64,000 nt of DNA from Schmidtea nova (lineage: Eukaryota): positions 42,346,001-42,410,000 of the forward strand of contig CM097883.1 of the NCBI GenBank assembly GCA_044892505.1, given 5' to 3'. This document shows, in pieces, positions 46,713-57,990 of the stretch. The notes beneath the pieces were generated by a model that was not told the DNA's origin, ran no database searches, and saw nothing but the letters and a program-made list of their open reading frames with translations. The translations under genes and the position numbers were made by a program. Every line of letters begins with the position of its first letter. Within the stretch, counting starts at the first letter, position 1.

Positions 46713-49700
46713 TTAAACTTTAAAGTCTGGTTTAACTGCTTGTATCTCAGATCTCAAATTTTCGTATTTTTCCAAGTTTAGTTTGTCACTCAACTCAAAG
46801 TTTGAAACAGAATCAATTGGACATTTCATGTCTACTAAAAGTATAGTTTTCTTTTCAGTATTTGTTATTAAAAAGTCAACGCGTTCAGTTGAATTCGGTA
46901 CCAGGGAACATTTGTGATCGACGACAACAAGTAAATGTGGATTTTTGAGTTCATTTTTGATTTTATCTATACAAGCATTGTGTCTATTTGTAGCTAAAGA
47001 TTGATTGATTTTACATTTTTGTAAAACGTGAAATATTGTTTCATCCTCAGATTTACACCTGCGACACAGACGATTCTCGCCAGTTTTATGTGGTTTGGCA
47101 AATGTTGAGAGAGTGTTTGTTCGTGCACGATGAACGAATTTCCATTCGAATTCTGTCAAATCACTCCGGAAAATAAGCTTATTTACAAGAGGACAGAGTT
47201 TAATCGCAGACACGAGAAGATTACTATTATTACTCATTTCCCATTTTTCGAGATATGAAACTTGTATTGCAGAATGCAATATTTTTGACAACGCCTTTCT
47301 TAGAGTTGGTAATAATATGCGTGTGCCAGTTAATGTTGTATTGATACGAATTGAAAGATTTTCTTTGCCAGTTTCAAATAATAGTTTGATGTTGTGAACT
47401 CTGGCAAAGTAAGCAATAGATGTTCGTAATCGGTAAAAACGAGTTTTACCACCGCTGTGATTTTGTTTACTATCTTTACCATTAACCCATTCTAAACTTT
47501 GCCGAAGAGTTGGATTTTTAATTCCAAGTCTTGGACTCGTTACAGACAAGAGTGAAAAGGTATTTATCTTTTTCGAGTATTCACAAGGTGATGTTAACAA
47601 ACGATAAAAGTATACAATCGTCTGTGTGTGGTACTCATCAAGCAGATCTATGCAACCAGCTCCACCAGTTTCCGTTGCATTATAAAAATAACTAATTTCA
47701 GAATAGTTCGGTAAGTTTAAAATCTTTCTTAAATGGCTTCTCAGCAGACTAGTATTATTAACATTTATTCTTGAATTATTTTGGGGATTAGCTAAAGAAC
47801 TGGTTTTTATTTCTCTAGTTCTAAATGGGAAAATTAGCCGAGAATGCAAAAACATTTTATAAGCCTTAAGTTTTTGCCAGCCATGAAGATCAGAATTAGC
47901 AATCTTTTTAGTGTCTTCGATGACTTTGCTGACGATTTCATAGGGACTTTGATCATTATTCTCACCTATTGGTACACCCAAATATTGGTAAAATTCATTT
48001 GTCGTAATCTTTTTTATGTATTCTTTTTTAACATCAATTTCACTTACAGTTTCAACCTTTGGATATTGAATGTATGCGCATTTCTCAGGACGATATTCAA
48101 ATCCGATTTCATTAGCAGTACTGATAGCAATGTCTATCAATGTCTGTAAATCAAATGTATTCGTCGCGATAAGAGCTATGTCATCTGCATAAGCCAACAC
48201 TTGTACAGGAGAAGTCCCTATCATAAATGGATTAACATTCGACAGGTTTATAGCTTCAAGAACTGGATTGATAGCTATTGAAAAGAGTATCATTGAAATT
48301 GGACAACCTTGCTTGACACCTTTCTTTATCAGAATGTCTGGTGTCTGCATTTTATTACAGCAATAAAATGAGCTTGTGTCCGTGTAAATTAGTTTTAATA
48401 TCTTTATAAAGTTTTCACCAACGTTCATGTGTCTTAAAAGTGTCCACATGTAGTCGTGTGGAACACTACCGAACGCGTCTTTTATGTCGAGCCAAGCTAT
48501 AGTCACAGGTGAGGATTTACTATATTTCGAATGTTCGACAATCGCAGAAAGAATTGAATTGTGTTCAATACATCCCTCGTACTCCGAACCACCCTTTTGG
48601 CCAACGTGTAACAGTGAGTTATTTCTGATCCATGAACTAAGACGATTTGCTAAGACTGAAGCAAAGACTTTGTAAATAACAGACAATAACGCTATTGGTC
48701 TCCAAGATGACACTTTATGGTATTGACCTTTTTTATCAGGTTTCGGAATTAATATTGTTTTAAAAGACTTCCAACTTGTGGGAATTATTTGAAGTTGAAT
48801 AATTCTATTAAATAAAAAAGCCAAAAGTTTACAGTCTGGATCAAATAACAGAAGGTCTTTGTAACGAACATTATCAAGCCCTGGTGATGTGTTGTCAGTT
48901 TTCTCAAGATTAGTAAAGATTTCTCTAGGTGTCATTGGATCTAAAACAAGCATCGCATTAGATGTTTTGGTGAATTTTAAAATGCTTTCCCAACTAGCAG
49001 GAAATTCATCTGGATGACTGAAGTTAAAAATAATTTCCTGAAAAGACGGAGCCACTGATTCAATTTTATCACCTAATATCCTATAAACAGTTTGTTTCAT
49101 ATTAGTTAAAAACTCTGTAGAGTTTTTCATTTTCTTAGTTTTTAATGGCTTATTACCTAGATATGGGCTTCGAGTGTGATTTGTGTTAAGATTTTCTAGA
49201 CGAGGAATGTTTGAAAGAATACAAGAGATTATTTCATCAACGCTCGAATTTTCAAGTGTATCTAAAAGTCGGTTGATCTTTTCTAATCGTTGTTTTAAGT
49301 TCAATTTTAACGAATTTACAAGTTTTAACTTTTGACGTCTTTCTTCCATCACATTGTCATTTTTATCGACTATTGGCACAAGAGCATTTATCAGATTGGC
49401 AATTTCGTGAAGATTAATGTTTTCCAAAGGTCTGTCTTGTGCATAATTTCTCATAAAAGCACAAATTAAAATTTTACTAAACAATCCAGAACCTTTTACA
49501 TCATGAGGACAGTTACGAGTTTTAATAGCACGTCCTGTGCTTTCCCTTATATCATTTATTTTAAGAAATATTTTGTGACAGTAAACTTCTGTCATTATAT
49601 TCACTTCCTTAATCACAGGACTAATAAAGTAATGCTCATCTGTGTTGTAGTCGATTATCATGAGCAAATCATGGACCTTTGGAGGCGAAATGATTGCAAA

Positions 49701-51122
49701 GATAACATTAGCTTTCATCATGCACTCAATGTTTAAAAATTCTTTCAAGTATTGAGTGCAATCATCTGAAATTGCAGCACACATGGTTTTATTTAAAAGA
49801 ATAAAATTATTAGATAAGTTTAGATTAAGAAAATATTGACTGATGATTTTCTCACTTATTTTACCATTGATAGAGCTTAGACTAGGAGTAATTTCTATAC
49901 AAGTTTGAATTTTTATTGTATTTAGCAAATCATATATTTTATCATTTTCTAAGATTTTACCAAAAACAAGTTTCTCGAAAAGAACAATGAAAGAGCTAGC
50001 AAACAATTGATCATCATAAGAGAAAAAAGTCGGGTGAGAAATTCGATGATTAGCTAAGAATTCAATATTACGTCCAAGACAAAATTTATTGAGGTATTCG
50101 GTCATCTTTTCTCCAATTTCAATTAGTCGATCGTCAATGTTTCGGTAACTAAAATCAAGCATGAGACTGTTTTCAAGAGTATTTGAGTAGATGAAGAGGC
50201 ACCAATCGTTGAATTTAGGAATGACAGCGATTATATGATCTACTCCTTTAAATTGCTTAAATGTTACATTATCAGTAATGAAAGATTTATTTTGTGCAAT
50301 TAAATTAAGAGTCATTTCAGCAGATAAAACTGTGATTGCAGTGTTATTTTGATAATATTTACAAATTATTGATGACACACATGGCTTTTGAGTATTTAGT
50401 ATTTTGGTTATAGTTGTATCGTTATTTACTACTCTTTTATTGACAAGTGCTTTTTTAATGTTGATTTTAGACGTGTCAATCTTTAGATTTGCACCGCCTG
50501 ATGACTTTGATTTAGAAATCTGTAACTGTTTCTGATATAAATGTACATCTTTCCGTATTTGTTCAATGAATCCAACAGGGAGACTCGTCCAATCTTTACT
50601 TATAATCACTGCATAAGCGCAAGTGAATGGACCGCAGTCAAAATTATTTTTTTGATATTCAAGATGTACATGTGGTTGACGGGAAACAGTAATATTTAAT
50701 TTGAAGAATTTATTTAATTCTACGTTTATTCTTAATGCCATTTGTTTGTTAATTGGCTTATGTCGATTAGCATAGATTGGGTCAATAAAATAGGATGATA
50801 GAAACTTCTTACTATAGACAAATAGGATCCAATGCGAATTGTTGATATTTAGGGGACAAAAAACTGTTTCAGCATTGATTATGGTTTGAGGAATTTTAAT
50901 AATGTCTTGATGCATATCAGAGCAAAGAATATTTACGACGAAGCATTTTATGTATGCGTGCAGTGGATTGTCAATATTTTGCTCCAAATACCAGTCAATA
51001 TCATTATCGGAAAACCACATTTCAGGATCACGATCGTCAAGGTTTAAATAGTTGGTGTTGATAGTGCTCTCTGCATCAGTCTCATTAGAGGAAATGGCAG
51101 AAGATTGAGCTGATGCAGGCAC
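46713..51122 (-). CDS. Ulp1 protease - RT - CCHC - RLE polyprotein (1469-aa stop-free segment)
   Basis: Motifs as above; YADD at 48180-48191; catalytic His ~50832 and Cys ~50635. Confidence 0.9.
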   Translation of the reverse strand: MPASAQSSAISSNETDAESTINTNYLNLDDRDPEMWFSDNDIDWYLEQNIDNPLHAYIKCFVVNILCSDMHQDIIKIPQTIINAETVFCPLNINNSHWILFVYSKKFLSSYFIDPIYANRHKPINKQMALRINVELNKFFKLNITVSRQPHVHLEYQKNNFDCGPFTCAYAVIISKDWTSLPVGFIEQIRKDVHLYQKQLQISKSKSSGGANLKIDTSKINIKKALVNKRVVNNDTTITKILNTQKPCVSSIICKYYQNNTAITVLSAEMTLNLIAQNKSFITDNVTFKQFKGVDHIIAVIPKFNDWCLFIYSNTLENSLMLDFSYRNIDDRLIEIGEKMTEYLNKFCLGRNIEFLANHRISHPTFFSYDDQLFASSFIVLFEKLVFGKILENDKIYDLLNTIKIQTCIEITPSLSSINGKISEKIISQYFLNLNLSNNFILLNKTMCAAISDDCTQYLKEFLNIECMMKANVIFAIISPPKVHDLLMIIDYNTDEHYFISPVIKEVNIMTEVYCHKIFLKINDIRESTGRAIKTRNCPHDVKGSGLFSKILICAFMRNYAQDRPLENINLHEIANLINALVPIVDKNDNVMEERRQKLKLVNSLKLNLKQRLEKINRLLDTLENSSVDEIISCILSNIPRLENLNTNHTRSPYLGNKPLKTKKMKNSTEFLTNMKQTVYRILGDKIESVAPSFQEIIFNFSHPDEFPASWESILKFTKTSNAMLVLDPMTPREIFTNLEKTDNTSPGLDNVRYKDLLLFDPDCKLLAFLFNRIIQLQIIPTSWKSFKTILIPKPDKKGQYHKVSSWRPIALLSVIYKVFASVLANRLSSWIRNNSLLHVGQKGGSEYEGCIEHNSILSAIVEHSKYSKSSPVTIAWLDIKDAFGSVPHDYMWTLLRHMNVGENFIKILKLIYTDTSSFYCCNKMQTPDILIKKGVKQGCPISMILFSIAINPVLEAINLSNVNPFMIGTSPVQVLAYADDIALIATNTFDLQTLIDIAISTANEIGFEYRPEKCAYIQYPKVETVSEIDVKKEYIKKITTNEFYQYLGVPIGENNDQSPYEIVSKVIEDTKKIANSDLHGWQKLKAYKMFLHSRLIFPFRTREIKTSSLANPQNNSRINVNNTSLLRSHLRKILNLPNYSEISYFYNATETGGAGCIDLLDEYHTQTIVYFYRLLTSPCEYSKKINTFSLLSVTSPRLGIKNPTLRQSLEWVNGKDSKQNHSGGKTRFYRLRTSIAYFARVHNIKLLFETGKENLSIRINTTLTGTRILLPTLRKALSKILHSAIQVSYLEKWEMSNNSNLLVSAIKLCPLVNKLIFRSDLTEFEWKFVHRARTNTLSTFAKPHKTGENRLCRRCKSEDETIFHVLQKCKINQSLATNRHNACIDKIKNELKNPHLLVVVDHKCSLVPNSTERVDFLITNTEKKTILLVDMKCPIDSVSNFELSDKLNLEKYENLRSEIQAVKPDFKV

Positions 51123-51639
51123 ACATCTTCATTTGAGTTTCGGTGGTTGTTTCTTCACTGTTGTTCTGGTATTTGGACCTGATTTCTTTGTTGGTACTTC
51201 TAAGGTTTTTTCAATATCCGAGCTAGGAGCATCAGGGATCGGCTTTACAATTGAAATTGCTTCTACTAAACACTTTTCACATACATTGATGTCGACTCCT
51301 TCTCTGATTGAAATGCATTTCTCAAGTTTATTATTGCATTTCATGCAGTTGATTTCCTCAATCAAAACGATTGGTTCGGGCTCACACTGTTTCTCAATCT
51401 GTTTTACTGTAACTATATCTGGAATAGTTTGTTCGTCATTATTTATTTTGTTTATAGTAAACTTAAGGTCAATGATTATCTTGGAAATTTGTTGGCCCAT
51501 CTCAGGAGTGCAATATTTATTGCTAGATTCATATAATCTGAAATGCTGGTTGCCATTTAAATATTTTCCAACATCCCTCAGCAATAAGTAAATAAATCTT
51601 TTAGCTTTGGCTTCATGTGTGTCATCAACAATTTTACGT

Positions 51640-51640
<1 letters not shown>

Positions 51641-51691
<51 letters not shown>

Positions 51692-51692
51692 C
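51641..51692. repeat. (ATT)n microsatellite encoding poly-Asn in the NeSL N-terminus
   Basis: Direct. Confidence 0.9.
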
Positions 51693-53181
51693 AATAATTC
51701 TCATAATGACTATAGATCAAAATTTTTTTTTTTATAAACAATAACACAATATTTCGGCACAGCCTTTATCAAGTGTGTATACACACTTGATAAAGGCTGT
51801 GCCGAAATATTGTGTTATTGTTTATAAAAAAAAAAAATTTTGATCTATAGTCATTATGAGAATTATTGATAATAATAATAAAAAAAGATCAAAGGTNNNN
51901 NNNNNNNNNNNNNNNNNNNNNNNNNNNNNNNNNNNNNNNNNNNNNNNNNNNNNNNNNNNNNNNNNNNNNNNNNNNNNNNNNNNNNNNNNNNNNNNNNNNN
52001 NNNNNNNNNNNNNNNNNNNNNNNNNNNNNNNNNNNNNNNNNNNNNNNNNNNNNNNNNNNNNNNNNNNNNNNNNNNNNNNNNNNNNNNNNNNNNNNNNNNN
52101 NNNNNNNNNNNNNNNTAACATTATTATAATCATCGTTCTTACTTTTGATATTAAATGTAACCGTTGCCGTTGTCAAGGCCGCCGCAAAAATTTAAAATTT
52201 ATATTGTTGAATTGATAATAAAATTTATATCACAAATTTAAAGCAAGATAGACATTAGATATAGGGGATAAATAGAGGTTAGTTAAATTTACTGACACAA
52301 AAATATACAAATTTAAAAAATCTGGAAAATAATAAAAGCTTAGTCAAAACAATATAAATCAAATACCTCGAAAATAGGTGTTGATAAAAGATTATTCGAT
52401 CTCCGAATTGAGATTGTGATGATATGTTTGCGTATGAGCTTGGGAATCAACTAAAAATGCGAATATGCTTGTTTTTCTTTTTATAATATAATGTGTAGCA
52501 GCTGATTGAAATAATTGATTTTTTTACGTTTTAGATTTTTATCGGAGAAATCGAGAATTCAGTGACAGTAAGGTACGAAAACATCTCGAAAAACCCAAAG
52601 AACTTTAATACTCCTTGTACGAATGATTTTATTGATTTTTTTCTGTTTATTCTTGTGTTATGTGCACCGTAAATGGGCCATTGCGTGAATCATTAATGTT
52701 TTGATGTTGGAGTAATAAATTTATATTGACGCAGACTATTTATTTCGAAATTCCGATTAAAATTCTTTTGAATGTGCTGGTGTGTTGGTTAGTTGTTCAA
52801 CTGAGATCATTTTTGGGTTTTATTCGTTAGGGTGATCTCGCCAACATAAAAACAACTCCCGGCTGACACCCATGATGTATCCCTAACTACTCATCATGTT
52901 GGTACTTTGTCAACGTTGTGAAATGACAAGGCAGGTGAGCAACCTTGCGGCTACTATTCCCTTGTTTATTCACGGGTCCACCACTACCGCTAGAAGGTTT
53001 ATGTGGATTTCTTTTGGTCCCTTTTTATGCGCTGCTTTTATTTATTCTAGGGTAAACTCCAATTTCGGGATGCCCTGTAGCATGAAATGAATCGGTTTAC
53101 ATTTAATTGATTTTACATTTGTTTTCACATGCATTCTCCAAACAATCAAAAATTATTCATTCGACTACCATACGTTTATTA

Positions 53182-53739
53182 TTAACTCAACAACACAGAT
53201 GGATTGATGACATCTAACAACTGTCTCTCTGTCAGCCCACTTAACAAATCCACCTCGATGCCGATCTTTTCAGCGTATGCTCTGCGCTCACGTCGTCTCT
53301 TCGCTCCCAAACGATTTCGGCGTTTGGTTCTCTTTGAACCCTCAGATGGCGTCAACATTTCCGGGGTAGTTGTTGCTGAACTGGGCTTCATATGCGTCTG
53401 GGTGCTTATTGTCGTCGATGTCGTTTCTACCCAGCGATTGAATGTACTGGTTCGGATGAGTGGACGTAATTGTTGTGTGATAAAATCCTGGGTGGAGGTT
53501 CTTATATAATTATTTAACTCCAACTTCACGGCTGCCGTCTCTCGCGTCTGTTCATTGGCGATCTGTTCAGCCCTATAACGCGCTTGCAAGATTGATTTCA
53601 CTCGCTCCGGATTAAACCAGGTAGTTTTCATTCGTTGATATTCATCATTCAATTGGCGCAGCTTACTCTCTAAGACTTTAATACTAGATTTGTGCTCTTT
53701 GGCCTCCCTTTTGTAATCACGATTATTATTGTTGTTCAT
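53182..53739 (-). CDS. Orphan ORF, 185 aa (coiled-coil-like N-terminus, T-rich, Arg-rich basic patch)
   Basis: ORF track only; ATG start; lies in a GC-richer island. Confidence 0.35.
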   Translation of the reverse strand: MNNNNNRDYKREAKEHKSSIKVLESKLRQLNDEYQRMKTTWFNPERVKSILQARYRAEQIANEQTRETAAVKLELNNYIRTSTQDFITQQLRPLIRTSTFNRWVETTSTTISTQTHMKPSSATTTPEMLTPSEGSKRTKRRNRLGAKRRRERRAYAEKIGIEVDLLSGLTERQLLDVINPSVLLS

Positions 53740-53966
53740 CTAGAAGAAATTATATGAGTCTCTCGAATTAGGTTTTATTTATGGATTTATGTTTCCCTTC
53801 GCCCCGTGGGAGTTATGTTGTTAACCCTCACACTATCAGTACTTTTCTCCAGTCATTCCCCCAGTCAGTTGCAGCATACATTAAAATAAAAACAAGAATA
53901 ACTCGTATACAATTTTATTGTCATTTTACACAACACATATCGCTTCACTATCAATGTCATTCCTTC

Positions 53967-54656
53967 CTAGAAGAATGTCAAAATCTCCTGGTCGAGACGT
54001 CGATCGACTCGCCTCCTTCCATCCGGTTGGTATATTTCTGGGCACGGATCCCAGCATAGCCTGTCTTGATAGGCGAAAACCTCCCACAACCTGAGCTCGC
54101 TATGCTCTGGGTTGTGCTCCAACGTCACGCTTCCGGGTGCATGAGGGTATGACTGGATTTCCCCAGTGTCGCTACACCGAGGCCTATCCAGGAGCAGATA
54201 ATCGAGCCGGAAGAATTCATGGCCCGTCATTGTCGAATCACATAAAATCCATCGGGGTTGACCCGCATCGTTGATCATTTGCAGGAACCATCGTAGAAGG
54301 ACCTTGCTGGATCGGTTCGGTAATATCGGCCAATTCGGATCTCCTTCCCACCGGAGTTGTACTGGGAAGGAGCAAGATGGCACATTTGCGGCCATATCGG
54401 TGTATCTCCGCGTCCATAACCGGAGGTGTCGACGCGCTTGTTGGACGATCTGAGTAGGAGCATCCGTCACTCCTCGGAGCTCTATCCTTGGTGTACTGGG
54501 GTGCGATTTCCGAGCTGTTCTTTTGCGAACCATCCCCGATTTGGTTCGATTCTGGCCATCGGTAGGCGATGCGTTCGATGTCAATTTGGTTGTCATATCC
54601 TTCTTCATCGTTCTGAATAATCGCTTGGTTATGATGGTGCATTTTATTCTACGCAT
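53967..54656 (-). CDS. Orphan ORF, 229 aa
   Basis: ORF track only; GC-richer than flanks; overlapped by a 134-aa ORF in another frame. Confidence 0.35.
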   Translation of the reverse strand: MRRIKCTIITKRLFRTMKKDMTTKLTSNASPTDGQNRTKSGMVRKRTARKSHPSTPRIELRGVTDAPTQIVQQARRHLRLWTRRYTDMAANVPSCSFPVQLRWEGDPNWPILPNRSSKVLLRWFLQMINDAGQPRWILCDSTMTGHEFFRLDYLLLDRPRCSDTGEIQSYPHAPGSVTLEHNPEHSELRLWEVFAYQDRLCWDPCPEIYQPDGRRRVDRRLDQEILTFF

Positions 54657-57406
54657 ATTTATTGCTTAAGGGCCCACTCTAGCTTCTGCACAAATTGATG
54701 TAGGTGTGGACTAACTGATCGGCTAACCACTTGTTGATCGGTTCAGTGGACCATATGAGAATAGCTGAGCATCCTCGTGATCTTTTTAAGAATTCAAAAT
54801 ATGAATTTATGGTATCTCATACGTCAGCCATCAACATTATACAGTTCGGTCATACTCTCATCACGACATTTCGTTTATGGTTAATTCACTTGAGGTTTAC
54901 ATCCATTCTTACTATTTACATATCAACATTCTCTCCATCATAATACACCACTAACAATGACTATAACCCCTCGGGTGATTATGTTCGGGACTCGGTGACC
55001 TCGGATTCTCCGCTACGTAACCTTTATACTGTGTCGTCAGCATCATTGGTGTACAAACTCTCTACCCTCAGTTCTCTTCTATTTTAGTTATACATCCTCG
55101 GCTACCTCTACGCTAGCTGGAACACATTCCATTTAATGATCTCGATATCCTATGTGCACCCACCTTCCCTCTCAAGAATCAATTTAATAAACCTAGGGTC
55201 TCGCCGCATCAGCACCTCATATGAAAATATGTTGTGTCGAGAGGCCGAGAATCCCGTCAGATCGTTAGATCTTCGGGACAAAACCTTATAGAGTTTAATA
55301 TTATGAGGGTTCAATTAATAACTAAACAAAATCGAATTTACCTTTTATTCGTCGTACAGTTACAATTCTTCAATTATTCTCAAGAGTTGCTCAAAAATTC
55401 ACTCTGTGAAAAATGACTCTCAAAAAATGACTCTCAAAAAATGACTCTTTGCTACTGATTTTGCTTCAGTATTTATACTGAATGATGTTGCTGGCCAGCC
55501 AATCAGAATCGAGCATGTGTGCATTTATTGTTAATCTTTTATGCTCGCTGATTTCTCTATGCGTTCAATTTGGTGAGTCATTATTTTGCTAGTTTTTGTT
55601 ATTTTATTTATTCTTTTGTTATATTTTAGATTTATGCTCAGCATCAACCCTCGCCTGCCAGTTTCGGTTCCAGTTGAGTGAGCTTTTGCTATTGTTATTT
55701 AATTTTTCTTTTATTATTTTCATCAATTTTTCAGGCTTTGAAGTTTATGCTGAACATATGCCGCTTGGTGAGTTATTATTTTGTTGTTATTGTAGTACTT
55801 GTGGTTATTTTATTTAACTTACTTCTTATTTTTCTAGATTGCTTGGCCCAACAAATGTTTATAGATAAAATTGTGTAAGAAGGGACAAAATGGGCATTAA
55901 AACTTCTATCGGTAGCCCTTGGACCCAGGAGATATTCGGTCAATCATAGTTTCGAATTTTCGACGCTCACTGATTGCGAATACCCACATATTTGTTGCAT
56001 TACTAACGTTACATTGTGACGGGCAACAAGATGGTTAATCTAATGTTTTGTATGTTGAGTTGTTGATGTGAGCCATAGAAATGTCAAGGTCATATTGANN
56101 NNNNNNNNNNNNNNNNNNNNNNNNNNNNNNNNNNNNNNNNNNNNNNNNNNNNNNNNNNNNNNNNNNNNNNNNNNNNNNNNNNNNNNNNNNNNNNNNNNNN
56201 NNNNNNNNNNNNNNNNNNNNNNNNNNNNNNNNNNNNNNNNNNNNNNNNNNNNNNNNNNNNNNNNNNNNNTAACCATAAGGTTAAGAATAAATATCAAAGT
56301 AATTGAAGAAATTAAAAGATATCAAATTAAATAAATTAAAAAAACAAAGTATATAAAAGAAAACGAGGAAATGAAAATGTAGAAGAGAAAAATAGAAGCA
56401 TGAAAAAATTAAATAAAAATTAAATAAATAACGATTGCCAATGATAAACCCCGTAGCAAAGAAATAATGTGAAATAAATAAATAAAAAATAATTAAGAAA
56501 ATAATTAAGAAAATAATAAAAATCAAAATCAATTTACAAAAAATGTAAATCAATTTAATTTTTTCATCGAATAACGGGGCGGTAAAAATCTGACTGGCTG
56601 GCAGCAGTAAGAAAACACTATATAAAGGCCAGCCAAATTCAGAAACAACAACAATTTTTGCGAACTAACCGTAAAAACCGTACAAAGACGAATTTTAATG
56701 TTAACTTAACTTATTTTGACTTCACTTTTATTTTTCCTAAAAGTGATAACTCGGATTACCGTTGTAGTAGAAGATCCTTGTAATTGCTAGAAAATACAAG
56801 TTATTATCAAGTAATTAATTGTCTGTTTTTATTTCTTTTTTACTGTTTATTATTGGTTAACCCTTCATATATTCTGCGTTCAGTCATGGTTTTATTAAAA
56901 TGTTAGTGATTTCAAGGATATGACGGCCCTCCGGATTGCTAACCTTCGGTGGCTCTAGTCGCCGGTTCCGCACAAGTTGGACGGGTGGCTTAAGTCATCG
57001 GCAAAAATAAACTCGTATGATTGTGTTCGTTTAACAAGTAGAAGAATTTTCGATAAATTGTGAGAGTACACTAGGGAAGAATTTTGTTTTAGTTCGCGTA
57101 AAAGGGTGTAGCAGTAACCATAAAACTTAGCGCGGTAGTTATATTGAACCTTAGAAGAGACTTTCCGCTAAGGTCTAATGAGCATAAAATCCGTAGGAAG
57201 TAATATTTTAAAGATTATTCAAATTCATAAAGAAATAAAATCGGCGAGTTAAAATTCTTCTGAATTAAGCAACTTAAATTTAAGCTTCTCTAAAAGTAAA
57301 CATTCACCTTGCGCTTCAAAATCATTCTCCAAACGATTTCAACCTATTTATATAGATGATGGACAAATTTTATTGAAAAAAGTCCCTACCGGAAGCCTTT
57401 TGTTAT

Positions 57407-57990
57407 TTGAAATATTTAAATTCATTCTTTTCAACATCGCGCTTAAATATTTGTAGTTTTCCTTCAAAGGCTTTTATAATATCAAACATTATATCAATCG
57501 TTTTTCAAAATCAAGCTCAGTCCTCCAATGCTGTCATATTTGCTTATTTGGCGCAAGTTATGGTTTGGGTCGGGGCTGGATGGGTCAATTCAACAATGCG
57601 TGAACAATGGTAAAGCCGATAAAGCTCACATTCACGACCTAGTACCCAAAGGTTAAAGCAATTAATAACGGTAAGTCTGCATCCCCACGCCGTTATTTAT
57701 TTATAAAGAAATTTTTATAAATAAGAAAAGGCTTGCAGTCATGTGTTTAAAATTCAAAGCTATCACTAACAGGTTTGTGGCAGACTAGCATTTCACGACA
57801 AAATGTCGTTGGCTAGCGCATTGATATGACAAAACGAGAGGATCGCTATCATTTGCATGATAGCGAGAAAAAACACAAAATAATCCATTTTTTAGATTTT
57901 TTTGTAACTAATATATTATGATGTGGCGTGCCAATCAAAATCATCCCGCGTGCCAAGTTGGGCACGCGTGCCACAGGTTCGCCACCCCTG
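57407..57990 (-). mobile_element. hAT (Buster/SPIN-like) transposon fragment with one terminus
   Basis: Terminus CAGGGGTGGCGAACCTGTGGCACGCGTGCC (minus strand, from 57990); transposase remnant MFDIIKAFEGKLQIFKRDVEKNEFKYF (57489->57407). Confidence 0.7.

Larger units (their letters stand above)
46527..51780 (-). mobile_element. Near-complete NeSL-type (R2-group) non-LTR retrotransposon
   Basis: One frame 51704->46527 with two in-frame stops (51129-51131, 46713-46715): C4 zinc finger, Ulp1/C48 protease (NSHW, QKNNFDCGPF), RT (WRPIAL, WLDIKDAFGSVPH, KQGCPIS, YADD, YLG), CRRC..E...HVLQKC, RHN, D..VDMKCP RLE. Confidence 0.92.

Noticed and set aside
17354-51131. Alternative genetic code suggested by lone in-frame stops in several elements
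   Set aside because: The stops are a mix of TGA and TAA at non-Trp positions, and the intact innexins end normally with TGA; ordinary nonsense decay explains most of them.
51755-51780. atcaagtgtgta resembling U2 snRNA (Utopia target)
   Set aside because: Only ~10 nt match, in the wrong orientation relative to the element, with no other U2 sequence.
10706-56334. ORFs containing X runs (10706-11059, 14769-15242, 45540-46293, 51822-52215, 56040-56334)
   Set aside because: Artefacts of N gaps at 10786-10933, 14917-15233, 45734-46193, 51897-52115 and 56099-56269.
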